Shown here: positions 21,534 through 24,000 of the stretch, piece by piece
Position numbering within the stretch: position 1 is the first letter of the stretch
Layout: the number at the start of each line of letters is the position of its first letter
From: an uncultured Actinomycetes bacterium
Lineage (GTDB): Bacteria > Actinomycetota > Acidimicrobiia > Acidimicrobiales > RAAP-2
Assembly (NCBI GenBank): GCA_963778465.1
Contig: CAVZUK010000003.1
Location: 581,328 to 605,327, forward strand
Length of the DNA: 24,000 nt
Direction: 5' to 3'
Notes under the pieces: model-generated
Database searches by the model: none
The model's input: the letters and a program-made list of their open reading frames with translations, nothing else
What the model was told of the DNA's origin: nothing
Made by a program: the position numbers and the translations under genes

Positions 21534-23378
21534 ATGATCAAGCCGGTGTCCCGACGTCCCCGTGCCGATCCAGAGCGTTACCCCGCCATCGAGGACCACG
21601 CGGTGATCGGCGACCTGCACACAGTCGCCCTGGTAGCCACCGATGGCACGATCGACTGGTGCTGCCTCCCGCGGTTCGACGCCCCAGCGGTCTTCGCGTC
21701 ATTGCTCGATGCCGAGCGAGGAGGGGCCTTTTCGGTCGCCTGCGACGCGTTGAGGACCAAGCAGCAGTACATGCCCGATTCCAACGTCCTCGTGACGAGG
21801 TTCCTGGGCGAGCACTCCGTGGGCGAGGTCATCGACTTCATGGTCCCTCATGACCGTGGTCACCTCGTCTCCGCACACTCCAACGTGCTCGTTCGCCGAC
21901 TTCGCGCCGTGCGAGGGACCGTGGCCTTTCGCGTCAACTGCCGTCCCGCCTTCGACTTCGGTCGGGCGGAGCATTCCGTCCATCCTCTCGAACACGGAGG
22001 GGTGCTCTTCGAGGGAGCGGGCGTGGAGATGGTCCTTCGGAGTACGCACCGGCTCTCCGTCGAGGGTCCGGCAGCAACGGCGGACCTCAGTTTGCGCTCG
22101 GGTGAAGGCGTCGATCTCATCCTGGAATGGGGTGGTCGGATCCGCCCAATGGTCGACCACGAAGCGGACCTGGCGTACGAGAGGACCCTCGCCTTCTGGA
22201 GAGGTTGGTTGCGTCGCTCTCGCTACCAGGGTCGCTACCGGGAGATGGTGGAACGTTCGGCCCTCGTGCTGAAACTCCTCGTCTATCAACCGACGGGTGC
22301 CTTGGTCGCCGCACCGACGACGTCGCTACCCGAGCTCCTCGGGGGCGGACGGAACTGGGATTACCGCTACACATGGATTCGCGATGCCGCCTTCACCCTC
22401 TATGGCCTCATGCGCCTGGGTTTCGTCGACGAGGCGGCGGCCTTCATGGGCTGGCTCGAAGACCGGTGCCGGGAGGCGCCACCCGAGCACGGACTGCAGG
22501 TGCTCTACAGGATCGACGGCAGCCCCGAGGTGCCCGAGATGGTTCTCGACCATCTCGAGGGCTATCGGGGATCGCGACCCGTCCGCGTGGGAAATGCCGC
22601 CGCCGACCAGCTCCAAATCGATATCTACGGGGAGCTGATGGACTCGGTCTATCTGTTCAACAAGCACGGTCACCCGATCGCTTACGACCTTTGGGTGGCC
22701 CTCTCGCGGCAGCTGGACTGGCTGGAGAAGCACTGGGAGCAACCGGACGACGGGATCTGGGAGACCAGGGGAGGCCGTCGGCGGTTCACCTATTCGGCCC
22801 TGATGACCTGGGTGGCCTTCGAGCGCGCCATGAGGATCGCCCGGCAGCGTGGTCTGCCTGCCCCCATCCTGCGTTGGCGTGACGCTGCCGACAGCGCCTA
22901 CGCCTCGGTGCAGGAGGCCGGATGGAATCCGTCCCGCCGCTCCTACGTCCAGCACCCGGACACCACGGCGCTCGACGCCTCGTTGCTGGTGATGCCTCTC
23001 GTGAAATTCGCCGGCCCGAGCGATCCGCGGTTCTTGGCCACGCTCGACCGGATCAGCGAGGAGCTCGTGACCGACAGCCTGGTCCGGCGCTACGAGACGG
23101 ACGGCTCCGACGGGATCGACGGCGACGAGGGCACGTTCAATCTCTGCTCGTTTTGGTACGTCGAGGCGCTGACTCGGGCCGGCCGGATCGGCGAGAGCCG
23201 CTACGTCTTCGAGAAGATGCTCACGTTCGCCAACCACGTCGGCCTCTTCGCAGAGGAGATCGGTCCGGCCGGGGAGGCCTTGGGCAACTTCCCCCAGGCC
23301 TTCACCCATCTGGCACTGATCAGCGCGGCGGCCAACCTCGACCGGGCTCTCTCCGATCGCTCCCACGCACTCCTTTAG
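21534..23378 (+). CDS. Glycoside hydrolase family 15 protein (glucoamylase / actinobacterial trehalase-like)
   Basis: 614 aa. N-terminal YPAIEDHAVIGDLHTVALVATDGTIDWCCLPRFDAPAVFASLLD, catalytic-domain motifs NWDYRYTWIRDAAFTLYGL, GIWETRG, DASLLVMPL, EGTFNLCSFWYVEAL, PQAFTHLALISAA. Confidence 0.9.
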   Translation: MIKPVSRRPRADPERYPAIEDHAVIGDLHTVALVATDGTIDWCCLPRFDAPAVFASLLDAERGGAFSVACDALRTKQQYMPDSNVLVTRFLGEHSVGEVIDFMVPHDRGHLVSAHSNVLVRRLRAVRGTVAFRVNCRPAFDFGRAEHSVHPLEHGGVLFEGAGVEMVLRSTHRLSVEGPAATADLSLRSGEGVDLILEWGGRIRPMVDHEADLAYERTLAFWRGWLRRSRYQGRYREMVERSALVLKLLVYQPTGALVAAPTTSLPELLGGGRNWDYRYTWIRDAAFTLYGLMRLGFVDEAAAFMGWLEDRCREAPPEHGLQVLYRIDGSPEVPEMVLDHLEGYRGSRPVRVGNAAADQLQIDIYGELMDSVYLFNKHGHPIAYDLWVALSRQLDWLEKHWEQPDDGIWETRGGRRRFTYSALMTWVAFERAMRIARQRGLPAPILRWRDAADSAYASVQEAGWNPSRRSYVQHPDTTALDASLLVMPLVKFAGPSDPRFLATLDRISEELVTDSLVRRYETDGSDGIDGDEGTFNLCSFWYVEALTRAGRIGESRYVFEKMLTFANHVGLFAEEIGPAGEALGNFPQAFTHLALISAAANLDRALSDRSHALL

Positions 23379-23386
23379 AGCGGGAG

Positions 23387-23438
23387 CCGCAAGCACACCG
23401 GACCCGCAGCGGGGTAGCGCCGTCCGGGCGGCTTGCGG
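23387..23438. terminator. Possible bidirectional terminator hairpin between convergent genes
   Basis: CCGCAAGC (23387-23394) pairs with GCTTGCGG (23431-23438), and the inner CCGGAC (23398-23403) pairs with GTCCGG (23422-23427). Located 9 nt after the GH15 stop and 25 nt before the FHA gene stop. There is no U-tract, so the call is weak. Confidence 0.3.
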
Positions 23439-23462
23439 TACCTACCATCCGTCGGTCGGCCA

Positions 23463-24000
23463 TCAATTGGCACCGAAGTGGGAGTCGAACACGAGCTCAC
23501 GGCTGCCCACTCCGATACGCGTCCCCGGTTCGATCGGGGTGGGCTCCTCGGGGGGAAGCTGCTGCCAATCGGAGGCGTCCGAGCGGCGGATCCGCGTGCC
23601 ATTGCGCGACCCGGCATCCTCCACCCTGACCTGCCAGTCGACGACGAGCACGACTGCGTGCACTCGTGACAGGCGCCGCTTCGGGTCGTCGATCATGAGC
23701 GGGCGCGCCACTCCCGTTCGGACGAGATCCGACACCTCCGGCTCCCTGCCGATGACGTAGCTCCCGTCGAGCACGAAGGTCGCGCCGTCGTCGAGGACCA
23801 GCACGCCGAGGGGAGGCCGGACGCCGGACACCAGGTTGTGTGTCTGTTGGACCATGGCGATTCCACAGAACGCGCAGAACCGGGCATTTGGGTCGTTGAA
23901 GTGTCCACGTGCGCAGACGATTCCCTGAACGACGGGTCCACCTTGCTCGTCGGGAGCGGGGCCCGGACCCGCCGGCCCACCACCGGCGACCGGAAGCGGG
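23463..24000 (-). CDS. FHA-domain protein with an upstream zinc-ribbon motif, 5'-truncated by the window edge
   Basis: FHA core: YVIGREPEV...RLSRVHAVVLVVDWQVRVEDAGSRNGTRI. The frame remains open upstream of the ORF-track Met (23855) to base 23999. It reads ...PLPVAGGGPAGPGPAPDEQGGPVVQGIVCARGHFNDPNARFCAFCGIAMVQQTH..., giving a C-x2-GH...C-x2-CG zinc ribbon, so the gene continues beyond the window. Confidence 0.85.
   Translation of the reverse strand, partial: PLPVAGGGPAGPGPAPDEQGGPVVQGIVCARGHFNDPNARFCAFCGIAMVQQTHNLVSGVRPPLGVLVLDDGATFVLDGSYVIGREPEVSDLVRTGVARPLMIDDPKRRLSRVHAVVLVVDWQVRVEDAGSRNGTRIRRSDASDWQQLPPEEPTPIEPGTRIGVGSRELVFDSHFGAN

Noticed and set aside
19169-21541. 790-aa ORF on the minus strand that could be read as one giant protein
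   Set aside because: It is a composite. Recognisable domains occur only at 21056-21454 (ArsC), 20840-21055 (Nudix N-terminal half) and 19169-20029 (LLM oxidoreductase, with its own Shine-Dalgarno sequence and ATG). The stretch between them is Arg/Gly/Pro-rich nonsense and is covered by better genes in other frames. Stop-free frames are expected by chance at about 70% GC.
1-24000. Search for mobile elements, integrases, transposase remnants, terminal inverted repeats, tRNA/rRNA genes or prophage/defence genes
   Set aside because: No translation resembles a transposase, integrase, recombinase, restriction, toxin-antitoxin or Cas protein. No cloverleaf-like or rRNA-like low-GC segment was seen. 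The only low-GC patches (1117-1150, 12606-12660, 21470-21535) are short intergenic promoter-like regions.

Overview
High-GC (roughly 70%) actinobacterial-type chromosomal DNA. It is densely coding, with many spurious antisense or out-of-frame ORFs typical of such genomes. I found no rRNA, tRNA, CRISPR array or mobile element. I support about 23 protein-coding features.

The most interesting locus is at about 293-9713. An IclR-family regulator is followed, after a 221-nt leader, by a tightly coupled plus-strand operon (ATGA/GTGA start-stop overlaps). It encodes: (i) a split PEP-synthase-like phosphotransferase whose subunits look like phenylphosphate synthase PpsA (substrate domain plus His swivel domain) and PpsB (ATP-grasp); (ii) an amidase-signature amidase; (iii) a NicX-like 2,5-dihydroxypyridine 5,6-dioxygenase family protein; (iv) an NCS1 purine/cytosine-type permease; (v) an alpha/beta hydrolase in the position of a NicD-like deformylase; and (vi) an HD-like hypothetical protein. 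An ATP-dependent phenol-type phosphorylating enzyme next to an aerobic pyridine-ring-cleavage module, with no hydroxylase and no UbiD/UbiX carboxylase, does not match any pathway I know. It is my best candidate for an undescribed N-heterocycle catabolic system.

The rest of the window holds a universal stress protein, a TetR plus acyl-CoA synthetase unit, a divergent orphan ORF, a TMEM175/DUF1211-like channel, dienelactone hydrolase, a second NCS1 permease, a WS/DGAT acyltransferase, CoaBC, an F420/LLM-type oxidoreductase, an NTF2-like protein, GH15 glycosidase and a zinc-ribbon FHA protein cut by the window edge.

A second notable locus is an ArsC/LMW-PTP domain running, with no stop codon, into a NudL-like (CoA pyrophosphatase-type) Nudix hydrolase. 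That Nudix reading frame is broken by a 1-nt frameshift inside the Nudix box.

All family assignments come from reading motifs in the translations by eye. No database search was run.
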